NCBI GenBank assembly: GCA_042408875.1
Contig: JBHOQS010000018.1
Span: 13,112-77,111, forward strand
DNA length: 64,000 nt
Direction: 5' to 3'
From: Chloroflexota bacterium
GTDB taxonomy: Bacteria; Chloroflexota; UBA11872; JBHOQS01
Position numbers and translations under genes: made by a program. Numbering within the stretch: position 1 is the stretch's first letter; each line of letters begins with the position of its first letter. Below the pieces are notes generated by a model. The model saw only the letters and a program-made list of their open reading frames with translations, ran no database searches and was not told the origin of the DNA. This document shows positions 46,327-55,549 of this stretch, in pieces.

Positions 46327-46353
46327 TTAAACGAGTTAAACGAGTTAAACGAG
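46327..46353. repeat. Perfect 9-bp tandem TTAAACGAG x3
   Basis: The copies are at 46327-35, 46336-44 and 46345-53, in the AT-rich region 65 nt upstream of serA. Confidence 0.95.
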
Positions 46354-46417
46354 GAACATATCTAGGCTTATAGCGAGGCTCATCACGGGGCTCGCGACGA
46401 GGTTTGCAACGAGGCGT

Positions 46418-47995
46418 ATGAGGATACTGGTAACCGAAAGAATCGACGAGGCCGGCTTGGACTTACTGCGCCGGGAGGCCCAGGTCGACGTGTGCCTGGG
46501 CCTCACCCCAGCGCAGCTCCTGGAAGTCATTCCTGGGTACGACGCTCTGCTCGTGCGCAGCGCCACCAAGGTGACGGCTGAGGTGCTGGCGGCCGGCACG
46601 CGCCTGAAGGTGGTGGGGCGCGCCGGCGTCGGGTACGATAATATCGATATCGACGCTGCCACGCAGCGCGGCATTGTGGTAGTGAATGCCCGCGGGGCCT
46701 CCAGCATCGCGGTGGCCGAGCACACCATGGCGCTCATGCTTGCGCTGGCGCGACACATCCCGCAGGCGTATACCTCGCTGCGTCGTGGCGAGTGGCGACG
46801 CAGTGACTTTGTCGGCGTCGAGCTGCGGGACAAGACGCTTGGGCTGATCGGGCTCGGTCGCATCGGTGCTGAGGTCGCCAAGCGCGCGACGGCCTTCGAG
46901 ATGCGCGTGCTGGCCTACGATCCCTTTGTCTCCACCGAGCACGCGCGCCGGCTGGGCGTAACGCTCGTCGGGTTCGATGAGCTTCTGGCCCAGGCAGACT
47001 TCGTGAGCCTGCACACGCCACTCACCAAGGACACCCGGCGGCTGATCGATGCTGCTGCCCTGGCGCGGATGAAACCCGGCGCCCGGCTGATCAACACGGC
47101 GCGCGGGGAGCTGGTGGACTCTGCGGCGCTCCTGGAGGCGCTGGAGCGTGGCCACCTGGCCGGCGCAGCCCTGGATGTCTTCGATGTGGAGCCGCCACCG
47201 CTGGGACCGCTGATCCTGCACGAGCGGGTGATCGCGGTGCCGCATCTGGGCGCTTCGACCGAGGAGGCCCAGGTGGCCGTTGCCGTCGAGGTGGCCGGCC
47301 ATGTGCTGGCAGCGCTGCGGGGCGAGCCGACGGCCGGGGCGGTGAACCTGCCGTATGTCTTGCCTGAGACCATACAGATGCTGCGGCCGTACATGCGTTT
47401 GGCTGAAGCGCTCGGCCGCTTCCAGAGCCAGCTCCGCCATGAGCGTCTCGAGAGCATCGAGCTCGTTTACTACGGTGAGATCGCCGAGCACGATACCATG
47501 CCGCTGACGGCCTCGGCGCTCATGGGGCTGCTGGGCGAGATTTCTGAGGAGCGGGTGAACCTGGTCAACGCCACGGTGGTGGCACGCCGCTTCGGCCTGC
47601 GCGTTGAGGAGCGGCGCAGCAGTTCGCCCCAGGGGAACTTTACCAACCTGGTCGAGATGACCGTGCGCGCCGACTCGCAGAGCTACACCGTCGCCGGCAC
47701 CGTCTGGCAGGGTGAGCCCAGGATCGTCCGGATCGACGAGTACTGGGTGAACTTCGAGCCGTCGGGGAACTTGCTGATCACCCGTCATCGCGACCGGCCC
47801 GGCCTGATCGGGCGCGTCGGCACCATCCTCGGCAACGCTGATATCAACATCTCCGAGATGCAGGTGGGCCGGCGCGTGCGCCGTGGCGAAGCCTTGATGA
47901 TCCTGCGCGTCGACGAGGAGATCCCTCCGGAGGCCGAGCGTGAGATCCGCGCTATCCCGGACATCTGGTCGGTCCAACAGGTCAGGCTGCCGTAA
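46418..47995 (+). CDS. serA: D-3-phosphoglycerate dehydrogenase (long form with ASB and ACT domains)
   Basis: It has MRILVTE...GLIGLGRIGAEVAKRA and PHLGASTEEAQ, and a C-terminal ACT-like segment (LLITRHRDRPGLIGRVGTILG). The protein is 525 aa. Confidence 0.92.
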   Translation: MRILVTERIDEAGLDLLRREAQVDVCLGLTPAQLLEVIPGYDALLVRSATKVTAEVLAAGTRLKVVGRAGVGYDNIDIDAATQRGIVVVNARGASSIAVAEHTMALMLALARHIPQAYTSLRRGEWRRSDFVGVELRDKTLGLIGLGRIGAEVAKRATAFEMRVLAYDPFVSTEHARRLGVTLVGFDELLAQADFVSLHTPLTKDTRRLIDAAALARMKPGARLINTARGELVDSAALLEALERGHLAGAALDVFDVEPPPLGPLILHERVIAVPHLGASTEEAQVAVAVEVAGHVLAALRGEPTAGAVNLPYVLPETIQMLRPYMRLAEALGRFQSQLRHERLESIELVYYGEIAEHDTMPLTASALMGLLGEISEERVNLVNATVVARRFGLRVEERRSSSPQGNFTNLVEMTVRADSQSYTVAGTVWQGEPRIVRIDEYWVNFEPSGNLLITRHRDRPGLIGRVGTILGNADINISEMQVGRRVRRGEALMILRVDEEIPPEAEREIRAIPDIWSVQQVRLP

Positions 47996-48060
47996 GCCGG
48001 CAGCCCAATGGTGACCCCGCCCGGCAGCGGCGCGCTGCCGATCCTGGTGAGGAGTGCCCG

Positions 48061-48378
48061 ATGCCTATCGATCCTGCCACGCTGCGCTTCGACCGGCAGT
48101 ATCGCACCCCGTACTCGGAGGGCTACAACATCCTCCAGGCCGGCCAGCGTCTAGGGCGCGTGGACCTGCATTTCACCACCACGGTGGTCTACGCGACGCT
48201 GGTCCTTGAGCGGGATCTTCCCGAGGGAGAGATGTTCGATCTGATCGAGCAGATCGACGAGAACATCGTGCTTTCGGCCGAGACGCACCGCGAAGACTTC
48301 CTGGTCACCGTCTTTCGCGGCACGGAGCTCGGCCTCTATGACGACGCCTTCCTCAGCGAGCAGCGGGGGGAGAAGTAG
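48061..48378 (+). CDS. Hypothetical 105-aa protein
   Basis: It has a GAGGAG SD and a compact, non-low-complexity sequence. I recognised no family. Confidence 0.5.
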   Translation: MPIDPATLRFDRQYRTPYSEGYNILQAGQRLGRVDLHFTTTVVYATLVLERDLPEGEMFDLIEQIDENIVLSAETHREDFLVTVFRGTELGLYDDAFLSEQRGEK

Positions 48379-48732
48379 CTATTCGGCCGTCTCGTCCCGC
48401 GTCTCTCGCCAGGCGACCATCAGCATGTTTTGAGGAAGTTTCTGGACCTTGAGATCTTTGATCCCCACACGTTGCAGGCGCCGCCGCACGAAGTCTTCTA
48501 CCGGTGCCCGGCCGCCGCCACGAATGTAGGCGCGGCACTGGGGGTTGGGACAGCGAAAGGGAATGCCGCTCACCACAATGCGTGGCAGCGGCTCGCCACA
48601 GAGCGGACAGCGATACGGAAATAGATAACGGTTCGTCTTGTCCAGAGCTTGTTGCTGCTGCGCTTCCTCGACGGCAGTCTGCTCGGGCGCTTGCACCATC
48701 TCTCTTTGCCACCGCCTCCTGGTCCGGAACAT
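48379..48732 (-). CDS. Hypothetical zinc-ribbon protein (CPLC...CPNPQC)
   Basis: An internal ATG 48730-48732 is needed, because the longer ORF would overlap the divergent gene at 48922. The four Cys sit in a CxxC-N15-CxxxxC arrangement. The stop directly abuts the stop of the convergent gene (48378/48379). Confidence 0.45.
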   Translation of the reverse strand: MFRTRRRWQREMVQAPEQTAVEEAQQQQALDKTNRYLFPYRCPLCGEPLPRIVVSGIPFRCPNPQCRAYIRGGGRAPVEDFVRRRLQRVGIKDLKVQKLPQNMLMVAWRETRDETAE

Positions 48733-48921
48733 AGCATGCCGGCGCCCCTGCGCGCAACCCGCCCGACATGCCTGGACGTCCCCAACAGTTGACGCAGGCG
48801 GCCCGCGCGCATACGCTACAGCACGTCGAGCCGCCCGACCGCCGGGGGGTGGCAGGCGCCCCGGCGTTGCCGCGGCAGGTTCGCTCGGCACTCGCTGACA
48901 TTCTACCGGAGCATCACGCCA

Positions 48922-49746
48922 ATGAAGAAAGGTATTTGTTATGTCTGCATCCCCGATGGCGACAGCGTCGAGGAGCGACTGGCTGTGGCGAAAGCAGCCG
49001 GCTTCGAGGGCGTCGAACTCACCTTCCACGAACCCGGCCAGGGACCGCTCACCCTAGAATCAAGCAAGAGCGACGTCCAGGCGCTGCTCGAGGCGGTCCG
49101 CCGCGCTGGGCTGGAGGTGCCCAGCGTGATGTGCGGCGCGGCGGTGCGAACCACTCCAGTGTTGCACCCCGAGGCACGCGTGCGTGCGCAGGCGGTGCGG
49201 AACCTGGCGCTCGCCCTCGAACGTGCCCGATGGCTGGGGGCCACCGCGGTGCTCTTGCATCCGGGCCAGTTGCGCCCGGAGACCCCCTATGATGCAGCCT
49301 ACGAGTGGACGCTCCAGGCGCTGCGCGACCTGCGCCCCCATTGCGAGGAGCACGGCGTGGCCATTGCCCTAGAGAACGTGTGGAACAAGTTCCTGCTCAG
49401 CCCGATGGAATTCCGCACCATCTTGGACGAGGTAAACCATCCTCTGGTCGGCGCGTATTTCGACGTGGGGAACGTCCTGCTCTTCGGCTACGCCGAGCAC
49501 TGGGTCCGCATCCTGGGCCCGCGCATCAAAAAGGTGCATGTGAAAGACTTCAAGCGCGCCATCGGCACAATCCAGGGCTTCTGCCAGTTGCTCGACGGAG
49601 ACGCCAATTATCCGGCGGTGATGCGCGAGCTGCGCGCCATCGGCTACGACGATTACCTCACCTCAGAGGTGAGCCAGCGGGACCTCCCACCAGGCCAGAC
49701 CATGGCGGACGTGGCCAAACGCATCGACCAGATCATGCAGATGTAG
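48922..49746 (+). CDS. Xylose-isomerase-like TIM-barrel protein (sugar phosphate isomerase/epimerase)
   Basis: The pattern is AAGFEGVEL...LHPG...ALENVWN...HVKDF. Confidence 0.8.
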   Translation: MKKGICYVCIPDGDSVEERLAVAKAAGFEGVELTFHEPGQGPLTLESSKSDVQALLEAVRRAGLEVPSVMCGAAVRTTPVLHPEARVRAQAVRNLALALERARWLGATAVLLHPGQLRPETPYDAAYEWTLQALRDLRPHCEEHGVAIALENVWNKFLLSPMEFRTILDEVNHPLVGAYFDVGNVLLFGYAEHWVRILGPRIKKVHVKDFKRAIGTIQGFCQLLDGDANYPAVMRELRAIGYDDYLTSEVSQRDLPPGQTMADVAKRIDQIMQM

Positions 49747-49832
49747 CTGGACATCAGTGGCGTGGGACCGCAGGCGGACCGCAGGCGATAGGTGAGCGCA
49801 CGAAAGAGCAAGAGATCGAAGAGGTGGCGAGC

Positions 49833-50693
49833 ATGGCCTTCAGACTAGCATGTAGTGGGATCACCTGGGGCCGCGAGGCTGATCGCGAGCAAGTCCTGGA
49901 GCAGATCGCCCGCGCCGGCTACGAGGGCGCGGTCGCGGGCGGCTGGCGCGGCCAGACCGCCCAGGAGACACTCGCCCAGCTCGGGCGCTATGGCCTCAAG
50001 CCGGCGCCCGGCTACCTTGGCGGGCCCTTCTACGACTCGGAGCGCCGCGAGGAACTCCTGGCGCGGGCGCGGGCACAGGCAGAGCTGAGCGCTGCCCTGG
50101 GCTGCACCGAGCTGTTTGTGGCCGTGGACGGCTCGCCCCAGCGCTGGGCGACCGCCGGCCATGTGAGAGCCAACCGCACCGATGGCCTCACCGAGGAGCA
50201 GTTCCGCCGCATGTGCGATACGCTCAACGAGGTCGGGCGCGTCTGTCTAGAGTATGGTGTGAAGGCGTGCTTCCATAACCACGCCGGCACGTACGTCGAG
50301 ACCCGTGACGAGTACGAGCGGCTGTGTGCGTGGACAGACCCGAGCCTGATCTTCCTGGGGCCTGATACCGGCCACCTTCGCTTCGGGGGCGACCGCGGGG
50401 TGGACTTCTATGCGCGCTATGCGGAGCGCATCAAGTGCATGCACCTCAAGGATGTGAATGAGGCCGTGCTCGAAGAGGGACGTCGGCAGGGCTGGACGTA
50501 TCGGGAGATGGTAGAGCATGGCATCTGGACCGAGCCTGGCGAGGGCTGCATCGATTTCCCGGCGATCTTCGACATCTTGCGGAGAGCCGGCTATGACGGC
50601 TGGCTGATCGTGGAGGTGGATCGCACGCAGAAGCCCACGCCCTGGGATAGCATTACGGCAAGCATGCGCTATCTGCGCAGCCTCGGCCTGTAA
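49833..50693 (+). CDS. Xylose-isomerase-like TIM-barrel protein (IolE/inosose-dehydratase-like)
   Basis: It has MAFRLACSGITWG, CFHNHAGTYVE, HLKDV and WLIVEVD. I moved the start to ATG 49833, because the upstream part of ORF 49305.. overlaps the previous gene. Confidence 0.75.
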   Translation: MAFRLACSGITWGREADREQVLEQIARAGYEGAVAGGWRGQTAQETLAQLGRYGLKPAPGYLGGPFYDSERREELLARARAQAELSAALGCTELFVAVDGSPQRWATAGHVRANRTDGLTEEQFRRMCDTLNEVGRVCLEYGVKACFHNHAGTYVETRDEYERLCAWTDPSLIFLGPDTGHLRFGGDRGVDFYARYAERIKCMHLKDVNEAVLEEGRRQGWTYREMVEHGIWTEPGEGCIDFPAIFDILRRAGYDGWLIVEVDRTQKPTPWDSITASMRYLRSLGL

Positions 50694-50965
50694 CGCGCGC
50701 ACGGGCGGGCCGGGGTGGGACTTTAGCGAGTATTAACCAGCCGCTAAGAGATCCTTAACGCGCAGTGCGAGCCCCGCAGGGTAAGCTGTAGGTGGTATCA
50801 CCCCGCCGGCGGCACTGCCGGTCACGCTGGAAGAGTCACGACCACCCCCTCCGGTCGAGGCTCGTCCAGCGTGCGCCAGCCATGGCGTTGGGGTGTTTCC
50901 TGCCGGTCCCGGCGCGGGACACTTAGCCCTCCCCACCCTGCACCACCGCGCCGGGACTTCCTCAC

Positions 50966-52471
50966 TCACGGATGTGTCAGCGCGTGCTGCGTCGGCGCGA
51001 CCGCGTGCGCAGCAGGCATAGGCAGGTACACCTCGAAGCGTGCGCCTCCGTGAGGCAGGTTGTCTGCACGCAGCGCACCGCCGTGTGCTCGCACAATCCC
51101 CCACGCCAGATATAGGCCGAGCCCCATCCGCCCGCGGCGCCGGCTCGGCGCAGAGGCAACATCAGGCAGCCTGCCCGGGATGAGGCCGTCTTGCCGTCGG
51201 AGCGAGGCCACGAGTTCAGCGGGGAGCCCCGGGCCGCTGTCGCTTATTGCGATACAGACCAGGTCTGAGCCGGCGCTGCGCTCCGCCGAAAGGACGACGC
51301 GGCCTCCGGCACTGACGCGTAGGGCGTTCTCCAGGAGGTTGCTGAGCGCCTGGAGCATCCGCTCGGCATCGACGAACACCTCGCCATCGAGCGCGCTGCC
51401 ATCCAGGTGCAGGTCCACGCCCAGACGCGCCGCCTCTGCTGCGTACTCATCTACCAGCCGCTGGAGCAGGCTTCCTGCGCGGACCGGCTTGCGCACGAGT
51501 TCCAGCCGCCCGGTTTCCAGACGGCTGACCTGGAGCAAGTCATCGGCCAGCACGGCAAGCCGGCGGGTATGGCTGCGCAGGCCGGCCAGCACGCGCGCGG
51601 GGCCGCGCTCCCCCGCTGCGCTCGGAGCAGGCCACGAGGCGCTCAGCGCGTCGGCTGCAGCTTGCATTGCTGCGGCCAGGGCGTGGAGATCGTGCGCCTG
51701 CGCTGCCAGAAGCTCCCGCCGAGCTCGTTCCAGCCGGTCCAGCCGCTGTGCCATCTCGTTGAACACGCGCGCCAGCTCACCCAGTTCATCGGGCGCATCC
51801 TCCGGCACCCGCTGGGAAAGATCGCCAGCGGCAATCGCGCGAACGCCCCGCACCAGGGCCAGGACCGGTTGCGTGACGCGAGCAGCCAGGGCAGCGCCCA
51901 GGGCAAGCGCCACCATTCCGACAGCCAGGATACCGCCGGCCAGCGTAAGGTAGAGCCTCCGCACTTCCAAATGCACATCGCTCAGACGGTAGGAGAGGCG
52001 CACAGCCCCGACGATCGAGCCATCCTCGGCGCGTACAGGCACGGCGCGATACGCAATCTCAGCGCCGGCTCTACTGCTATAGTACGTTCCCGCCGCCTCT
52101 TCCCCCTCCAACGCCTCGCGCAGCCCAGGCTCGTCACGTGCCTGGCCGCTGCGCGGCAAGTCTTCCCTTTCTGTGCTGCCCGCCTGGATGCCATTCCGAT
52201 CCACCACCAGCACCCGAGCATTCAGCGGCTCGCCCATGCGCAAGAGATACTCCTGGAGCTCGGCCTGTCGCCCGGCACTGAGCAGCGGTGCCGTCCGCTC
52301 TGCCAGCAACGCTGCCTCATCGTGCAGATCGCTCAGCAACTGCTGGCGGTAGAAGCTGTCCATTGACGCAATGACATAGGCGCCCGTCAGCCCCATAGCG
52401 GCGACGCTCAGGGCGACATAGGTCAGCACCAGCTTCCCGCGCAAGCCCAGGCGTATCCGGAGACGTCGCAT
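50966..52471 (-). CDS. Sensor histidine kinase (TM-sensor-TM, HAMP, HisKA, HATPase_c)
   Basis: The HAMP region is AIAAGDLSQRVPEDAPDELGELARVFNEM, and the C-terminal GLGLYLAWGIVRAHGG is present. ATG 52469-52471 lies 23 nt after the regulator gene stop. Confidence 0.8.
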   Translation of the reverse strand: MRRLRIRLGLRGKLVLTYVALSVAAMGLTGAYVIASMDSFYRQQLLSDLHDEAALLAERTAPLLSAGRQAELQEYLLRMGEPLNARVLVVDRNGIQAGSTEREDLPRSGQARDEPGLREALEGEEAAGTYYSSRAGAEIAYRAVPVRAEDGSIVGAVRLSYRLSDVHLEVRRLYLTLAGGILAVGMVALALGAALAARVTQPVLALVRGVRAIAAGDLSQRVPEDAPDELGELARVFNEMAQRLDRLERARRELLAAQAHDLHALAAAMQAAADALSASWPAPSAAGERGPARVLAGLRSHTRRLAVLADDLLQVSRLETGRLELVRKPVRAGSLLQRLVDEYAAEAARLGVDLHLDGSALDGEVFVDAERMLQALSNLLENALRVSAGGRVVLSAERSAGSDLVCIAISDSGPGLPAELVASLRRQDGLIPGRLPDVASAPSRRRGRMGLGLYLAWGIVRAHGGALRADNLPHGGARFEVYLPMPAAHAVAPTQHALTHP

Positions 52472-52494
52472 CGCCCTCTCCCGCCCCAGCCATC

Positions 52495-53238
52495 CTACTC
52501 CCTGGCCGTACCGGCATGCGCAAGGCAGGCCCGGAGCGGTGCCCCAAAGCGGTATCCCACCCCGCGCACCGTATGCAGGTACCGCGGATGCTGAGGATCG
52601 TCTTCCAGCTTCTTCCGGAGCTGGTGGATGTAGACATCCAGCGCCTTTTCGTCGCCCACGAAGTCGGCGCCCCATACCTGATCGAAGAGGAACTGCCGAG
52701 GAAGCACACGCCCGGCATGCTGCATAAGAACCCGCAGCAGGGCGAATTCGCGTGCCGTCAGCTCAACCGGCCGGCCGCGCACCGTCACCGTGTGCGTGGC
52801 AGTGTCGATGGCGATGTCTCCCACCTGCAGACGTTCAGCAGGGGGCAGCGCTGCCGTCATGGCAGCACCCGCACGGCGCAGGATGGCACGGACGCGCGCG
52901 ATCAGCTCCGCCGAGGAGAACGGCTTGGTGATGTAGTCATCTCCGCCCGCTTCCAGGCCCAGAACCTTTTCTAACTCCTGGCGATGGGCGGTGAGGAAGA
53001 TCACAGGAACGCCGGTGAACTGACGAAGCCGGCGGCAGACCTCGATCCCGTTGAGGTCGGGCAGTCCCACATCCAGGATGAGCAGGTCTGGGCGGTGCAA
53101 CCGTACCTGCTCGAGGGCGGCCCTGCCAGTCGTCGCGGTCAGCACATGATACCCCTGCTGCCGGAGCAACAGCGCCAGGGACTCGCACAGGAGTTCATCG
53201 TCATCAACAAGCAAGAGCGTAATCTGTTGTGGCTCCAT
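52495..53238 (-). CDS. OmpR/PhoB-family response regulator
   Basis: The REC domain has LLLVDDDELL...LLILDVGLPDLNG. The winged-helix domain has LTAREFALLRVLMQHAGRVL...LDVYIHQLRKKLE...IHTVRGVGYRF. Confidence 0.92.
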   Translation of the reverse strand: MEPQQITLLLVDDDELLCESLALLLRQQGYHVLTATTGRAALEQVRLHRPDLLILDVGLPDLNGIEVCRRLRQFTGVPVIFLTAHRQELEKVLGLEAGGDDYITKPFSSAELIARVRAILRRAGAAMTAALPPAERLQVGDIAIDTATHTVTVRGRPVELTAREFALLRVLMQHAGRVLPRQFLFDQVWGADFVGDEKALDVYIHQLRKKLEDDPQHPRYLHTVRGVGYRFGAPLRACLAHAGTARE

Positions 53239-53266
53239 AGTTTCCCTATAGCAGTTTCCCTATAGC
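53239..53266. repeat. Perfect 14-bp tandem duplication (AGTTTCCCTATAGC x2 on +, GCTATAGGGAAACT x2 on the coding strand) directly abutting the response-regulator ATG
   Basis: The copies are at 53239-53252 and 53253-53266. The start codon complement is at 53236-53238. Confidence 0.95.
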
Positions 53267-53587
53267 CGGGGCTCTCACATCCAGCTTCATTGTACCGGTA
53301 CCGATCCAGGCCGGTACCTTCACCATGAACGATAGCGCTTGCTCCTCTGTGCTGCAAGCGACGCGGCAGCGTTAACTGCTTCTTAACGTTTTTTTAGGCT
53401 GGCCCTCACTCGGAGACCGGACAGGCATGCCAGAATAGGCCATAACGGGCAGCGGGACCTGCCTCGTATCAACCTCTGAGGATAGGGAAGGGTTCAGCAT
53501 GCCGCTTGGAGCTGCGGACGGCAGGGTCGTCCGGCGCTCTTGAACCGTTGAAGCAGGCTATTCTGGCCAAGACGAGACGTCACAGCC

Positions 53588-53782
53588 ATGTATCTGTTTA
53601 CCGCAGCGCTCGTGTTGCTGGCCGCTCTGGCAATTGTCGCCTTGCTCCCTGAGCAGGGCGCAGGATCATTGCGCTGGCGGCACGCCGGAGTGCGCCTCGA
53701 GATACTGGTGGCCGCGATGCTCCTCGTTGGGTTCGCGGCGATTGGCATCATCCTCTGGCACTGGCTGCGTCTGCTCGTGTAA
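53588..53782 (+). CDS. Hypothetical small 2-TM protein (64 aa)
   Basis: It has two hydrophobic helices. There is no obvious SD, so the call is weak. Confidence 0.3.
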   Translation: MYLFTAALVLLAALAIVALLPEQGAGSLRWRHAGVRLEILVAAMLLVGFAAIGIILWHWLRLLV

Positions 53783-53898
53783 ACCCGCTGTCACGTTGGA
53801 GGTGCTGTGTTCGCTGACTTGAATCCTGACGAAAAGCTGATGGCAAAAGTTAATTAGAAAGAAACCAAACAAAGCAGACCATAGAGAGGCGATAGCAT

Positions 53899-54120
53899 AT
53901 GTTCGGCGATATCGGTGTACCGGAGTTACTCATTATCCTGGTAATTATCATCCTCGTGTTCGGCGCCAATCGGGTTGCCGAGATCGGGGGCGCGTTAGGC
54001 AAGAGCGTTCGCGAATTCCGTCGCGCCGTCGAAGGACACGATGAAGCAAAGGTGAGCGAAAATAAAAGCGAGAGCAAGGCGGTTGAGGCGCCCCCGCAGC
54101 AATCTCAAAGATCACCTTGA
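53899..54120 (+). CDS. tatA: Twin-arginine translocase subunit TatA/E
   Basis: MFGDIGVPELLIILVIIILVFGANRVAEIGGALGKSVREFRRA is the canonical TatA TM segment plus amphipathic helix. Confidence 0.9.
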   Translation: MFGDIGVPELLIILVIIILVFGANRVAEIGGALGKSVREFRRAVEGHDEAKVSENKSESKAVEAPPQQSQRSP

Positions 54121-54240
54121 GCTTCCTGGGTAAGCATCTCGTCCCGGGGCTACTTAGTACAGGATATCCGCAGCAGGACATAGCGTGGATAGGGCGGATA
54201 GGTAAAGAAAAGATATGCCTGCAGGAAAGGTAGCGCATGC

Positions 54241-54708
54241 ATGTTTGACATTGGCTTACCTGAGCTGCTGGTGATCCTAGCCCTAGCCCTCTTGGTGGTC
54301 GGACCTGAGGAACTTCCGACTCTAGCCCTGCGCGCCGGCCGTCTGCTGTATCAGTTCCGACGACAGTATGACGAGCTCACCGCGGAGATCCGCCATGAAC
54401 TCGAGGGCATACAACGAGAGGTTGAAGCTGCTGCTGGTCTTCTAGTGTCTGGCGAGACCGGCGCTCCGGCCACGCCTGTCCTGTACGCTGGTGCCCTCGG
54501 CGCAGTAGCCGGCCGGATGCCCCCTTCCCAGGAGCGCCCGTTACTCCAAGCAAGTGCCCTCGGCCCTGTCTGTGGTCGCTCGCTTGTCCAGACCGCGCCC
54601 CTGCTTCCGTCGCTTGAAGTGACCCGCATCTTTCCTGTGCAGGATGGGATTGCGCACGGTGACCGCGCTGCGGTCGAGGAGGTCCTTACCGCCCAGCCGC
54701 AACGGTAG
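54241..54708 (+). CDS. TatB-like (TatA/B family) protein with a long C-terminal tail
   Basis: The sequence is MFDIGLPELLVILALALLVVGPEELPTLALRAGRLLYQFRR. The protein is 155 aa. Confidence 0.75.
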   Translation: MFDIGLPELLVILALALLVVGPEELPTLALRAGRLLYQFRRQYDELTAEIRHELEGIQREVEAAAGLLVSGETGAPATPVLYAGALGAVAGRMPPSQERPLLQASALGPVCGRSLVQTAPLLPSLEVTRIFPVQDGIAHGDRAAVEEVLTAQPQR

Positions 54709-54752
54709 CAGCACTGCGAGATCTCTCTGTCTTGCGCAGGTGAGGGGATGCA

Positions 54753-55322
54753 ATGCTCACAGACGAGTTGCTCAAGCGCTTCAAAGACGACATCGTGCTC
54801 ATCGAGCACAAATTCATCGATGGAACCATCCGGCTGGTGCCGCACTGGCGCCACGCCCATCCTCCGGTGCGTAACGTCAACGAGGAGGTAGAACAGAGTT
54901 TCAGTCCGCTGGAGCGTCTAGCACTCGTCGTCACCCGGCGGGTAGGCAGCCCCGGCTTCTTCATCCTCATCGCTACCTGGACGATCGTCTGGCTTCTCTG
55001 GAATACGCTTGGACCGAAGCAATATCGCTTTGATCCGGCTCCGGCCTTTGTCCTCTGGCTTTTCATCTCAAATATGATCCAGATCCTGCTCATGCCGCTG
55101 ATCATGGTCGGTCAGAACCTGCTTAACCGCCATGCTGAGTTACGCGCCGAAGTCGACTTCGAGATCAACCAGAAGGCTGAGCAGGAGGTCGAAGCGATCC
55201 TCTTACATCTGGAGCATCAGGCGGCCGCCATCGAGCATCAGGGCGAATTGATCCTGCGTATCTTACGTCATCTTGAAGCTCAAGCAGCAGCCGACGGACA
55301 AGCACGCTCAGCGCCATCGTAG
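54753..55322 (+). CDS. DUF1003-family membrane protein
   Basis: FILIATWTIVWLLWN...FDPAPFVLWLFISNMIQILLMPLIMVGQN...RAEVDFEINQKAEQE is the pattern typical of DUF1003. Confidence 0.7.
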   Translation: MLTDELLKRFKDDIVLIEHKFIDGTIRLVPHWRHAHPPVRNVNEEVEQSFSPLERLALVVTRRVGSPGFFILIATWTIVWLLWNTLGPKQYRFDPAPAFVLWLFISNMIQILLMPLIMVGQNLLNRHAELRAEVDFEINQKAEQEVEAILLHLEHQAAAIEHQGELILRILRHLEAQAAADGQARSAPS

Positions 55323-55434
55323 CACCGTTGCGTACTTGGAGGGGTCCGGACGCTGCCGCGCAACACCCAACCCGTGGCACCCTAGATCGGTTCCCAACGC
55401 TGCTTTAACAGCGATGAGACAGAGGGAGCCGTTG

Positions 55435-55470
55435 ACTCTCCGGCTCCTACTTTCTTTCAATTCTTTTTGA
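55435..55470 (+). terminator. Hairpin plus T-rich tract after the DUF1003 gene
   Basis: GGAGCCG (55435-41) pairs with CGGCTCC (55451-57), followed by TACTTTCTTTCAATTCTTTTT. Confidence 0.45.
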
Positions 55471-55549
55471 GTTCTTTTCCTCAGATTAATTTTTTAATTA
55501 ATTTTTAATGGTTTAGTGCAACTGCTGTCTCAGAAGAGGAAAGGCACCA

